Shown piece by piece: positions 1 to 9,243 of a DNA stretch of 64,000 bases (the stretch's first letter is position 1; the number at the start of each line of letters is the position of its first letter). Under the pieces are notes generated by a model. That model was not told the origin of the DNA. It worked only from the letters and a program-made list of their open reading frames with translations, and did not search any database. The translations under genes and the position numbers were made by a program. Source of the stretch: a bacterium (GTDB taxonomy: Bacteria; Patescibacteriota; Patescibacteriia; Veblenbacterales; UBA10138); NCBI GenBank assembly GCA_020057885.1, contig JAGVEX010000015.1, positions 55,862 to 119,861 of the forward strand, in the 5' to 3' direction.

Positions 1-1
1 G

Positions 2-478
2 CTGGGTATTGCGCTTTACGGCTTATGGCCTTCGGTTGAAAATAAAAAAGTAGCTAACAAAATGCATTCAAATTTTGAACTCAAACCCGCCTTAACCTGG
101 AAAACGCAAATTGTGGAAGTGCAAATGTTGCCCAAGGGCACGCCAATTGGTTATGACCGATCTTATATAACAAAAAAACCAACGATTATGGCTGTAATTC
201 CGGTTGGTTATTGGGATGGTTATGACAGAAAATTATCAAATTCAAGTGAAGTAATAATTCACAAGACACGAGTGCCAATAATTGGTAGAATTTGTATGAA
301 CATCTCAATGGTTGATATTACCAAAGTTCCTAATGCCAAAGTTGGCGACGAGGTTATTTTAATAGGCAAAGACGGCGAGGCTGAAATAACCGCCGACGAA
401 ATAGCGAAAAAAGTAGAAACAATTAATTATGAGGCAGTAACAAGAATTAATCCTTTATTGCCAAGGGTACTAGTTTAG
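2..478 (+). CDS. alr: Alanine racemase, C-terminal part (5' end lies outside the window)
   Basis: The frame is open from the window start. The translation ...[10 protein letters not shown]... and the C-terminal beta-domain match alanine racemase. It sits immediately upstream of ddl. Confidence 0.8.
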   Translation: MGIALYGLWPSVENKKVANKMHSNFELKPALTWKTQIVEVQMLPKGTPIGYDRSYITKKPTIMAVIPVGYWDGYDRKLSNSSEVIIHKTRVPIIGRICMNISMVDITKVPNAKVGDEVILIGKDGEAEITADEIAKKVETINYEAVTRINPLLPRVLV

Positions 479-505
479 TTTCTAGCCAATAGTTCATAGT
501 GTTTT

Positions 506-1630
506 ATGAAAAGTAATAAAATCAAAGTTGGAGTTTTATTTGGCGGGCGTTCAGCTGAACATGAAGTTTCACTTGTTTCAGCGCGTTCGGTAATGAAAGC
601 ACTTGATAAAAAAAAGTATGAAGTTATTCCTATTGGTATTACCAAACAAGGACAATGGTTAGTGGGGGAGAGGGTCGTGGGCTTACTTGAATCAGGCACA
701 AAAATTCCACCACAACTTGCGCAAACTTTACCAGCTGACCCAACAATTAAATCTTTAATTAATTTAAAATCACCCCGACAAATATCAACTAAAGTAGATG
801 TAATATTCTCGGTACTTCATGGAACGTTTGGTGAAGATGGCACAGTGCAAGGATTATTAGAACTTGCCAACATTCCTTATGTTGGTGCTGGGGTTTTGGG
901 CTCGGCTATAGGGATGGATAAAATAGTCCAAAAAATGGCTTTTATGGCCAATAACCTGCCTACACCAGCATTTACCTATTTTACAGCCTCTTCCTGGGCT
1001 CAAAATGGGCCTAAATTAGCCTTAGAGTGTCAAAAACGACTAAAGTTACCTGTCTTTATAAAACCTGCTAATTTGGGCTCTTCTGTGGGTATAAGCAAGG
1101 CCCATAACATAAAGGAACTCAAACAAGCTATTAAACTAGCTTTAAAATATGATAGGCGAATTATTGTGGAAAAAAGTATAGAAAAAGCTATGGAGATTGA
1201 ATGCGCGGTTTTGGGTAATGATAATCCTAAAGCGTCGGTGGCAGGGCAAATTATAGCTTCTAATGAATTCTATGATTACAACGCCAAGTATGTTGATGGA
1301 AAATCAAAAGCTTTAATACCAGCACCACTACCTAAGGCTATTATGAATAAAGTACGGGAGTTGGCAGTGCAAGCCTTTAAAGTTTTGGACTTGGCTGGTA
1401 TGGCACGAGTAGATTTTTTGGTGCAAAAAAATCCTTGGCGAATTTATTTAAATGAGGTTAATACAATTCCGGGTTTTACTTCCATTAGTATGTACCCTAA
1501 ATTGTGGGAAAATTCAGGATTGCCTTACGCTAAATTATTGGACAAACTTATTGCCTTGGCCCTTGAACGTTTTAATGTTAAAACTAAATTATTAACTTCG
1601 TACCGTCCTAAAAAATCATGGTATCGTTAA
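506..1630 (+). CDS. ddl: D-alanine--D-alanine ligase
   Basis: 374 aa. The N-terminal [17 protein letters not shown] motif, an ATP-grasp core and a C-terminal [10 protein letters not shown] motif are typical of Ddl. Confidence 0.9.
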   Translation: MKSNKIKVGVLFGGRSAEHEVSLVSARSVMKALDKKKYEVIPIGITKQGQWLVGERVVGLLESGTKIPPQLAQTLPADPTIKSLINLKSPRQISTKVDVIFSVLHGTFGEDGTVQGLLELANIPYVGAGVLGSAIGMDKIVQKMAFMANNLPTPAFTYFTASSWAQNGPKLALECQKRLKLPVFIKPANLGSSVGISKAHNIKELKQAIKLALKYDRRIIVEKSIEKAMEIECAVLGNDNPKASVAGQIIASNEFYDYNAKYVDGKSKALIPAPLPKAIMNKVRELAVQAFKVLDLAGMARVDFLVQKNPWRIYLNEVNTIPGFTSISMYPKLWENSGLPYAKLLDKLIALALERFNVKTKLLTSYRPKKSWYR

Positions 1631-2535
1631 CTTCTTGGCGCACCACAGCGCCGCGACCTCGTGCGCGTCGCGATTTTTCACATTCAACTTACCGTACTCC
1701 AACTACAGTGAGGCATCTTTCTCGTGCCTACAATTTAAAATCCAAGTCAAAGTGGCAATATTGGCGCTGGAAAATTTTAGGTACGTTAATTTTATTGGCA
1801 TTGTTAATACTAATATATTCTCCCTTATTTACTATTAAAAACATTATTATAAATAATGCGCCTTCGATCGAAACAGAACAGCGTATTAAACAAATTGTCA
1901 CTAATATAATTCAAGAAAAAAAAATATCTCTATTTCCGCAATCAAGTTTATTATTTTTTAATACCATTGATGCACAAAACACTATAAATAAAGAGTTTTA
2001 TATTGAGGGTTTAAATTTTGTCCGCCATTGGCCTAATGTTTTACGTATTAGCGCCCCCCAGGGTGTTACGGTGGCGGTGTGGTACACTCCAGCCTCTATT
2101 GATAATAAAAACGAAATAGGGGAGAGTGTTTATCTTTTAAATAAAAATGGCGCTTTGGTTCAGCAATTATCACCAAATGCGGTGGTTGACAATGAATTAA
2201 TTGCGATCAAAGAAACGAAATTCGCCGTGCATCAACTTGGTGAGCAAGTAGTTACACAAAAAATTGCTGAATTTATAAATAATCTAAATAATGCCTGGCG
2301 CCAGGAGTTACCACAACTAACGTTGGATTATATAAAATTTGATTCATCTGCCATACCAACACTCCAAATTTATACCAAGGATCAATGGTATGTGTCATTT
2401 TCATCCCAAGAGGACGCTTTGTTGCAAGTGGTTGCCCTAAAACGTTTACTAGATGATAAAATTAAAGGGGATACCAGTAAGCTTGAATATATTGATGTAC
2501 GCTTTGGCACAAAACTTTATTACAAATTAAAATAA
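1618..2535 (+). CDS. ftsQ: Cell division protein FtsQ/DivIB-like (POTRA domain); the start codon is uncertain
   Basis: A short basic N-terminus is followed by a single TM (ILGTLILLALLILIYSPLF) and a POTRA-like region. It follows ddl as in dcw clusters and overlaps ddl by 13 nt. Confidence 0.6.
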   Translation: MVSLTSWRTTAPRPRARRDFSHSTYRTPTTVRHLSRAYNLKSKSKWQYWRWKILGTLILLALLILIYSPLFTIKNIIINNAPSIETEQRIKQIVTNIIQEKKISLFPQSSLLFFNTIDAQNTINKEFYIEGLNFVRHWPNVLRISAPQGVTVAVWYTPASIDNKNEIGESVYLLNKNGALVQQLSPNAVVDNELIAIKETKFAVHQLGEQVVTQKIAEFINNLNNAWRQELPQLTLDYIKFDSSAIPTLQIYTKDQWYVSFSSQEDALLQVVALKRLLDDKIKGDTSKLEYIDVRFGTKLYYKLK

Positions 2536-2537
2536 AA

Positions 2538-2564
2538 GGTGTATGCATAAATTTCGCATACACC
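2538..2564 (+). other. Stem-loop (GGTGTATGC...GCATACACC) directly after ftsQ; no T-run follows, so it may be part of a downstream RNA
   Basis: The inverted repeat was read directly from the sequence. Confidence 0.4.
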
Positions 2565-2570
2565 TGTAGG

Positions 2571-2846
2571 ATGTTCGACCCGTTTTTTTCCTCCGTTTAC
2601 ATAACAGAGTATGCAACCCTACACCCTAAATACTTAAGGGTTGCTAGGCACGCGCATTGGGTGTTATACAGAGCATTTTATTGCTCTAGGCCTGCACCAA
2701 CGCACGCTTGGACACGGTATCTATTGTCTCCTAAAAAAATTGCAGGCCTTTTATTTTGCTTGGCTAGTACTTTATACCAATTGACTATTTTGGGCAAGAT
2801 GGGGGATACCCAAAAAGAATCACTTAAGAAGTCTGTGATTTTATGA
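2571..2846. ncRNA. GC-rich ORF-free segment, candidate structured RNA of unknown class
   Basis: Local GC is clearly higher than the flanks. The only ORF (91 aa, W/H/Y/C-rich) is not protein-like. A GTTCGACC motif is shared with the 45.3 kb noncoding region. Confidence 0.2.
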
Positions 2847-3085
2847 TACTAGACACCCTTAAAAACAATCTGGAGCAAATTAAGAGGTCGTAAAAAATAA
2901 ATATAGATAAAAATATCATACAAAAATCATTATGGAGAATACCAACAATCTAATCATAAGAAATTATCCCCAAAGCTTAGGGGAGACATATAATATCCGT
3001 GTTTTGGCTGAATTTGACCACTTTTTAACTATATGATAAGCTGAGTATAATATCCCTTACACTCAGTTAGATATACTATAAATAT

Positions 3086-4054
3086 ATGGTTAACCCTAAA
3101 ACAAGTTCTCGTGGTCAAGCTGAGATACTTCCCTCACTAGATGACTTTTTGCTTTCTCTACAAACAAATAATTATTCTCCGGAAACTATTTATAATTATG
3201 AAAGGGATTTAAAAGTCTTTGCGGAATTCCTACAGGAGTTAAACTTACCTTTTGCCAAACTTGATAAAAAGGCCATAGATCGCTATAAGGCTTATTTAAC
3301 ATCTAGGGATAGGCTTACCAGTGCTCATATTGCGTCGGAAAAGCGTTTAAAAAGCTATTCCATAAACCGTATGCTCTCAAGTTTAAGAGCTTTTTTAAGA
3401 TACTTAATTGAAATGGATCAGCCTACTCCCCTATCTCCCGAGGCTATAAAATTAGTTAAAACAGAAAAAAAACATCCGCAGGTAGCTGAACTTTATGAAT
3501 TAGTGAAATTAATTGAATCACCTAACGCTTTAGAAAAAAATAAATTAATGGCCTTGCGTAATCGCGCTATGTTAGAAGTGCTTTTTGCCACCGGACTGCG
3601 TATTTCTGAGCTTGTTAATTTAAATAGAACGCAAATTGACAACACTGGACGAATTTTTGTAATGGGCAAGGGTAAAAAGGAACGCTTTGTTTATCTAACG
3701 CCACGTGCTATGAGACATATTGCCACATATTTAAAAACCAGAACTGACAATTTATCATCTCTGTTTATCCCCTATCGCGGAGAAAATTCAGGTAAAACAA
3801 ATAAACACATTTCTACAAATTATTTGCAAATGAAAATTAAACAGTATCGAGAAATATTGCGCATTAACGTGCCTACTTCGGCGCACTCACTAAGACATGG
3901 CTTTGCGACCTATCTCGCTGAACAAGGTGCTAATCCGGCGGCTATTCAAGTACTTTTGGGACATGAATCGCTTGATACTACAACTCGTTATGTGCACGCT
4001 TCGGATAAATATGCCGAAACAACCCATCGTAAATTCCATCCCTTGAAAGAATAG
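3086..4054 (+). CDS. Tyrosine site-specific recombinase, XerC/XerD family
   Basis: 322 aa. The N-terminal SAM-like domain and the C-terminal catalytic region (...HSLRHGFATYLAEQGANPAAIQVLLGHESLDTTTRYVH) carry the R..H..R..Y signature. Confidence 0.85.
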   Translation: MVNPKTSSRGQAEILPSLDDFLLSLQTNNYSPETIYNYERDLKVFAEFLQELNLPFAKLDKKAIDRYKAYLTSRDRLTSAHIASEKRLKSYSINRMLSSLRAFLRYLIEMDQPTPLSPEAIKLVKTEKKHPQVAELYELVKLIESPNALEKNKLMALRNRAMLEVLFATGLRISELVNLNRTQIDNTGRIFVMGKGKKERFVYLTPRAMRHIATYLKTRTDNLSSLFIPYRGENSGKTNKHISTNYLQMKIKQYREILRINVPTSAHSLRHGFATYLAEQGANPAAIQVLLGHESLDTTTRYVHASDKYAETTHRKFHPLKE

Positions 4055-4079
4055 TAAAACATTCACTAATGTTATTACC

Positions 4080-4117
4080 TATGTCAAAAAGTGTCCGGCC
4101 GGACACTTTTTGACATA
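4080..4117. repeat. 38-bp perfect palindrome, TATGTCAAAAAGTGTCCGG|CCGGACACTTTTTGACATA
   Basis: Read directly. It lies 26 nt downstream of the recombinase stop codon. A related palindrome is at 46075-46120. Confidence 0.8.
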
Positions 4118-4181
4118 TTGAATAACTATCATAAATACACAACCAAATCATTATCGCAAATCAGGTCTATAAACCTAAAAA

Positions 4182-5396
4182 TCAATCCATAATCATATTT
4201 GTTTCTGGTGTTTCAACTGTTGGTACTAGGGAAATCTTTTTACGCTGGCATAATACAGTTATAAAAGCCAAGAACATAAAACCAGCAGCTAACCAAAATG
4301 GCAGAGCTGGTTTGATATTAAATAATGCACCAGCGATTAAGGGACCTGCCACCATACCTAAAGACATAATGGAATTCAAAACACCAATCACCTCTCCCCT
4401 GCCATTAAGCGGCGCGGCGCCAACCATTTGGCTTGTCATAACCACACGCAAAACTGATTGACAAATTATATTTAATATCATACCAACAATAAAATAAATT
4501 CCGGCAGGTAAACTCAAAAATATAAAAGCTATAAACATAACCAGTAAAAGCCATAATTGCAAATCGGGTTCGGCAAATTTTTTTAACCAAAAATGCTTTA
4601 AACCAACCCCTTGGTTCAAAGCTATACCAACACCAACGCCAGCCATCAGCCAACCGGTTCCAGCGATTCCAACGTTAAAAATTTGAAGTAAATACAAAGC
4701 CATAACAGATTGCTGTGTAGCAAGAGCCAAACTGAACAAAAACCAAACTGAATATAATGGACGTAATATTTTATTTTTAGCAGCCGCGATTACTGGACGT
4801 AAGGGATGAATTTGCTGCCACCAAACTAGTCCAAATTTATCTGCCAAATGCTTATTAGTTTCTGGCAAAAAGAAATAAACAAATAATAAGTTCAAAGTTG
4901 CCAAAATAGTAACAAACCAAAATGGCGCGTGTGGATGCGCCGAGCCAAGTAAACCTCCAATGGCTGGGCCAATAATAAAACCAATGCCAAAAACAGCTCC
5001 TAAAACTCCCAAATTATGAGTCCTGTCCTTATCGTCAACCGATAAATCGGTAATAACACTATGAGCCGTGGAAATATTGCCAGCTGCCAAACCATCTATA
5101 ATTCTACCTATAAAAAGCCAAATAATAGATGGCGCTAGGGCAAACATTAGCCATCCTAGGGCAGTAGAAAAAATGCTGGCGATTAAAATCGGACGGCGGC
5201 CATATCTATCGGATAAAACTCCCAGTACTGGCGTAGAAAAAAACGAGCATAAAGAAAAAACAGCAAACAAGGTTGTTATGGTGGCCGCACCCACGCCAAA
5301 ATCCAAAACATAAAAAGGCAATGATGGTATAACAATACCAATGCCTATAACATCTACTAAAACAGTTAGAATAATGGCGACTTTTGCTTTTGACAT
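4182..5396 (-). CDS. MFS transporter (drug/tetracycline efflux-like)
   Basis: There are about 12 predicted TM helices, and the N-terminus MSKAKVAIILTVLVDVIGIGIVIPSLP carries the MFS motif. The likely start is MSKAKV, downstream of the ORF-track start. Confidence 0.8.
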   Translation of the reverse strand: MSKAKVAIILTVLVDVIGIGIVIPSLPFYVLDFGVGAATITTLFAVFSLCSFFSTPVLGVLSDRYGRRPILIASIFSTALGWLMFALAPSIIWLFIGRIIDGLAAGNISTAHSVITDLSVDDKDRTHNLGVLGAVFGIGFIIGPAIGGLLGSAHPHAPFWFVTILATLNLLFVYFFLPETNKHLADKFGLVWWQQIHPLRPVIAAAKNKILRPLYSVWFLFSLALATQQSVMALYLLQIFNVGIAGTGWLMAGVGVGIALNQGVGLKHFWLKKFAEPDLQLWLLLVMFIAFIFLSLPAGIYFIVGMILNIICQSVLRVVMTSQMVGAAPLNGRGEVIGVLNSIMSLGMVAGPLIAGALFNIKPALPFWLAAGFMFLAFITVLCQRKKISLVPTVETPETNMIMD

Positions 5397-5553
5397 TAGA
5401 ATTAAATAGTAACAATTACTTAAACAAAAGTCCACGATCAGTAAAGAGTTTAATTTCGACCTAGTATCATATTTTTAGATAGTATTGAACTTGACTTTTT
5501 GAGCTATTCAAGTAAAATCTAATCAATTAAATTGAACCTTAAAAACTCAATAT

Positions 5554-6279
5554 TTGAAAGGTATGGAAATGAAAAGACAAGTTACGGCGCTAATCGTCGT
5601 GGTTACAGTACTCACTATACTGTATACAACTATGTTTGCGCAGCATGAACCTACGCAACCAAACGCTACAAGAGACACCTTGTTTATTAAAGGCATATAC
5701 CACGGCCTTATTGCGCCAGCGACAGCCATCTCGGGATTGTTCACCGCCAGTATTGTTACAGCAGAAAAAAATGAAAAAAAATCTCCATATACTTATGGGT
5801 ATATGATAGGCATATACTTACTGCCGTTTCTCATCGCAGGATTAGACCAGCTGTGTGTGTGGAGAAATGAACGGGGAAACATATCGTTTAGTACTATAGA
5901 CAAAATCTATAAAAAACTTCGCCTAGTGGTGTGGGTCTATCTGGCAGTAATGATACTTTTAACTGTTCTATTTGCGACTTCAAAAATTTCACCGCAGGAT
6001 ATCAATGCACCAATAATCAACTTTAGAATACTTACCGGCTCTGCTGACCAGTTAATCGCGTGCATAGTTTTATTTATTTCTGGTTTAGTTTACCCGATTC
6101 TATTGCTTGGTCACTTAATACTCGGCCCTCTGGACAACTTCTACGGCCTTGGTGCGCCGCTACAACAGCTCTATGGTTGGCAAGCGATTGTCTTACTTAT
6201 TGGCATCTGGATATGGCCAGTAGTGCGAATGGATGAAGATGAGTTTGGCATGCCTAGCTCCGGAGACAGTGGCTGCTAA
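5554..6279 (+). CDS. Hypothetical polytopic membrane protein
   Basis: 241 aa with several hydrophobic segments; no recognisable family. Confidence 0.5.
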   Translation: MKGMEMKRQVTALIVVVTVLTILYTTMFAQHEPTQPNATRDTLFIKGIYHGLIAPATAISGLFTASIVTAEKNEKKSPYTYGYMIGIYLLPFLIAGLDQLCVWRNERGNISFSTIDKIYKKLRLVVWVYLAVMILLTVLFATSKISPQDINAPIINFRILTGSADQLIACIVLFISGLVYPILLLGHLILGPLDNFYGLGAPLQQLYGWQAIVLLIGIWIWPVVRMDEDEFGMPSSGDSGC

Positions 6280-6312
6280 TAAAATAAAAATTATCATCAA
6301 AAAATTGAATGA

Positions 6313-6346
6313 ACCCGCTTGATATCAACCAGAGCGGGTTTTATTT
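6313..6346 (+). terminator. Rho-independent terminator
   Basis: The ACCCGCT...AGCGGGT hairpin is followed by TTTATTT. Confidence 0.6.
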
Positions 6347-6436
6347 ACCTTAAAACTACCCCCTATATCAGGCGGTCCAAAAATCTATAGCTCCATATCA
6401 TGCCTGCCAGTGGCAAGGACGACGTTAGAACTAAGA

Positions 6437-7036
6437 TTATCCTAAACTACGTTTTCGTGCCCAGATGACGCTACCTAAAATTGCAGAACATATTAGAAAT
6501 ATATATATAGGAAACGCGAGTAAAATAAAATTCCATTGACCAACTGCCAAGGCACCAAACAAGCCTGCTAATACAGTTAACACCCAAGATATAATTGATT
6601 CAGAATTAGGATATTCCAGTGATTTCATTATAGTTAACACGCCACCACTAGCATCAATTAGAATCGCTATGAACAAAGCCACAGCTGGTTCTTGAGTAAT
6701 ATACCACAAGACTAGCGCCATAATTGTAAAACTAAAGGCAATAATATCTCTTTTTAGAAAACCACCAATACCATACTTGATAGATACAATAAATATTAAT
6801 AAATCACCAATGGTCTGAACGCCAGGTAACCATAAAGAAGATCCTGCGCCCTTAGCTAACTGAGTCCAAAATAAAATACTTCCTAGTAAAGCCCAAATTA
6901 ACCAGGAAGCCCTTTCTGGTTTAGTACGGTGTGTAAATATACTAAATAAGTACGGGACGAATGATAATAAAATCAAAATACCCGAGATATATCCAAAATA
7001 TTCGGTAAACATAAAAAGATTAAGACTTTGGTACAT
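6437..7036 (-). CDS. Hypothetical membrane protein (about 6 TM)
   Basis: 199 aa, hydrophobic throughout. Confidence 0.5.
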   Translation of the reverse strand: MYQSLNLFMFTEYFGYISGILILLSFVPYLFSIFTHRTKPERASWLIWALLGSILFWTQLAKGAGSSLWLPGVQTIGDLLIFIVSIKYGIGGFLKRDIIAFSFTIMALVLWYITQEPAVALFIAILIDASGGVLTIMKSLEYPNSESIISWVLTVLAGLFGALAVGQWNFILLAFPIYIFLICSAILGSVIWARKRSLG

Positions 7037-7058
7037 ATCTTAATTCCAGTAGTTTAAT

Positions 7059-8033
7059 TTACCAGGAGCATCCCTTTGGACACAAAATAAAATATCCAGC
7101 TAATAAATATAAATATCCTAAAGGAAAAAATTGCAGGCCCAAAAAAGGAATTATCCACCAATAAGAAATTCTTGTTTTTTTAATCCAAAAAACACTTATA
7201 TAAATAAATAAAAGAATTGCAAAAACTACGGGAATTATAAAGGCAGTAACTAAATTAAAATAAAAAACGGCTGTGAGTACTCTAGCAATTATATAATAAA
7301 ATAAAACTGGAATGCATTGTAATAAAACAAAAATTATTGATAACATTAAATACTTAAGAAATTTGTTTTCTTTTAATGGCACAGTTATTTTGGACTGATT
7401 GGGTTCAATATTTATATCGTTAGACATATATTTTGTAGGTATTTTATTAAAAATATAAATTATAAATCCGGCGCTAACACCGAGTGTTAAACTAACACAA
7501 AAAATGGGAATAAAACCTAACCCTAACCAGTCGGCAAACTGCGCCCCAAAAAGAAAACTAAAAAAAACAACTGTTCCAATAATTGTATTAGATTTAATTT
7601 TATCTGCACTCATAGTAGCAACATGTTGTATATTTTTTTTCCTAAATCTCAATCCTATTACAAAACAAGTAGCACAAAATAAACTTAATACCCCCCCCCA
7701 TCCCACCTTTTCAATTTTGACTTCAGTGCCCCAAGCTAAGAAAAAAAATAGTAAAGCAAATATAAGCACTAAAATATATGGACTTTTGGAACGGTACCAA
7801 GACAACAATTCTTGCTTCTGTTCTTCTCCATCAGCACGGAGTGTATGTGCCACGTCTTTAAAGAATAATACTCTAGTACCCCAAACAGTTCCCATGGTAA
7901 TTAAAACAATTAATATCAAAGCTATCTTTGTACTTATATACTGCCCCGATACGAGTTGAAAAATTAGCCAAAGATAAATCACCCCAACAATTGAAATAGA
8001 AAAACATATTTTGATAAATCTTGTAATATTCAT
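7059..8033 (-). CDS. Hypothetical membrane protein
   Basis: 324 aa with multiple TM helices. It contains a C9 run (about 7691-7699) but stays in frame. Confidence 0.5.
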   Translation of the reverse strand: MNITRFIKICFSISIVGVIYLWLIFQLVSGQYISTKIALILIVLITMGTVWGTRVLFFKDVAHTLRADGEEQKQELLSWYRSKSPYILVLIFALLFFFLAWGTEVKIEKVGWGGVLSLFCATCFVIGLRFRKKNIQHVATMSADKIKSNTIIGTVVFFSFLFGAQFADWLGLGFIPIFCVSLTLGVSAGFIIYIFNKIPTKYMSNDINIEPNQSKITVPLKENKFLKYLMLSIIFVLLQCIPVLFYYIIARVLTAVFYFNLVTAFIIPVVFAILLFIYISVFWIKKTRISYWWIIPFLGLQFFPLGYLYLLAGYFILCPKGCSW

Positions 8034-8043
8034 ATAAAAAAAT

Positions 8044-9240
8044 CTATGGTAAATAATCCAACGGATTTACTGGGATGCCATTGGAACGAACTTCAAAATG
8101 TAAATGCGGTCCAGTGGTTAAACTCCCCGCTCCCCTGGTGCCAGGCAAACCGCCGCTGGCGCCTATTATTTGCCCTTTGTTTACAAAAGTACCTTCTTGC
8201 ACATCAATACGGCTAACGTGCCCATAAACTGTAGAAAAACCACCATTATGTACCAACATAATATAGCTATAGCCCAAACCAGCATCTTTGGCGCGCGCCA
8301 CATAGCCCGAAGCCGCCGCTTTAATTGGTGTACTTTGTGCCGTAGGAATATCTATACCAGGGTGTTCAAAATACTTGCGGAAAATATAAGTGGGATCGTA
8401 AAAATAAGTTGAGAGTCCTTTTTTAGCTGTTACCGGCCAAATAAGCACTGTGTTGCCAAACTGATCCAAACTGCCAGAACCAGTTGATTTTAATTTCTTT
8501 CTTACCTCATCTTCCAAATTTTTAATATCGCGGTTAGCCTGTTCTTGTTCTTGGACTGCCTGATAAAGCAACGACTGGAATTTACTCTCAGAAAGTTTGG
8601 TTTGTTTTAATAAATCCTGCTTGGTTTGTTGTTGTACAGTCAAAACAGATTTAGAGGTTGAGAGATCTTCCTTGGTTTTAACTAATTGCGAACGCAAATT
8701 AGCCAAATCCTGTTGGCGGTGCTCCAATTCAGTTTTGAGAGTTTGTAAATTATTAATATTATCTTGTAAATTTCTTTGTAAGGTTTCCAAATAATTTATT
8801 TGTTCAAAAAACTCGCCCAACGATGTATTGAGAACGGCGATTTCTAAAAGGCTACGTTGATCTTCACGGTTAAGTTGACGCAAAGCTTCAGCAATTTTAG
8901 ATTTTTTATCTGTTATATCACGCTCTTTAGCCGCAATATCAAGTGTAACCGACTGTATTTGCAGGGTTGTAGTATTTAACTTAAGTTCGTTGGATTTAAT
9001 ATCAAGCTCTGCCTGCGCGACTTTATCATCTAGCACAGCCATCTGTTGTTTTAAAGTAGCGGCATCACCTTGTTTTTGCGCAATAGCTTTTTGATATTGC
9101 TCAATTTGTTTCTTAAGTTCTTCAATGCGTTGCTGTTTGGTTTGAATTTGATTATTAATTTCAGTAACAGTTTCTGCTCGCGCTACCAAAAATGGTGCAC
9201 TTATAAAAATCAGTAAAAATAAGACTCGAAGAAATTTCAT
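8044..9240 (-). CDS. M23 family metallopeptidase with N-terminal coiled-coil (EnvC/murein hydrolase activator-like)
   Basis: A signal peptide is followed by a long Q/E/K-rich coiled coil. The C-terminus ...HNGGFSTVYGHVS...GPHLHFEV is the LytM/M23 signature. Confidence 0.85.
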   Translation of the reverse strand: MKFLRVLFLLIFISAPFLVARAETVTEINNQIQTKQQRIEELKKQIEQYQKAIAQKQGDAATLKQQMAVLDDKVAQAELDIKSNELKLNTTTLQIQSVTLDIAAKERDITDKKSKIAEALRQLNREDQRSLLEIAVLNTSLGEFFEQINYLETLQRNLQDNINNLQTLKTELEHRQQDLANLRSQLVKTKEDLSTSKSVLTVQQQTKQDLLKQTKLSESKFQSLLYQAVQEQEQANRDIKNLEDEVRKKLKSTGSGSLDQFGNTVLIWPVTAKKGLSTYFYDPTYIFRKYFEHPGIDIPTAQSTPIKAAASGYVARAKDAGLGYSYIMLVHNGGFSTVYGHVSRIDVQEGTFVNKGQIIGASGGLPGTRGAGSLTTGPHLHFEVRSNGIPVNPLDYLP

Positions 9241-9243
9241 AAT

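Noticed and set aside
2571-2846. 91-aa ORF (MFDPFFSSVYITEY...)
   Set aside because: The composition (W/H/Y/C-rich, no motif) and location in a GC-rich noncoding block argue against a protein. It is kept only as an ncRNA candidate.
7691-7699. C9 homopolymer inside the membrane-protein gene 7059-8033 as a possible frameshift site
   Set aside because: The ORF is continuous through the run and encodes GWGGGV, so there is no evidence of disruption.
7504-7959. 151-aa plus-strand ORF inside the membrane-protein gene 7059-8033
   Set aside because: It is fully embedded antisense within a longer, better-supported ORF and has low-complexity composition.
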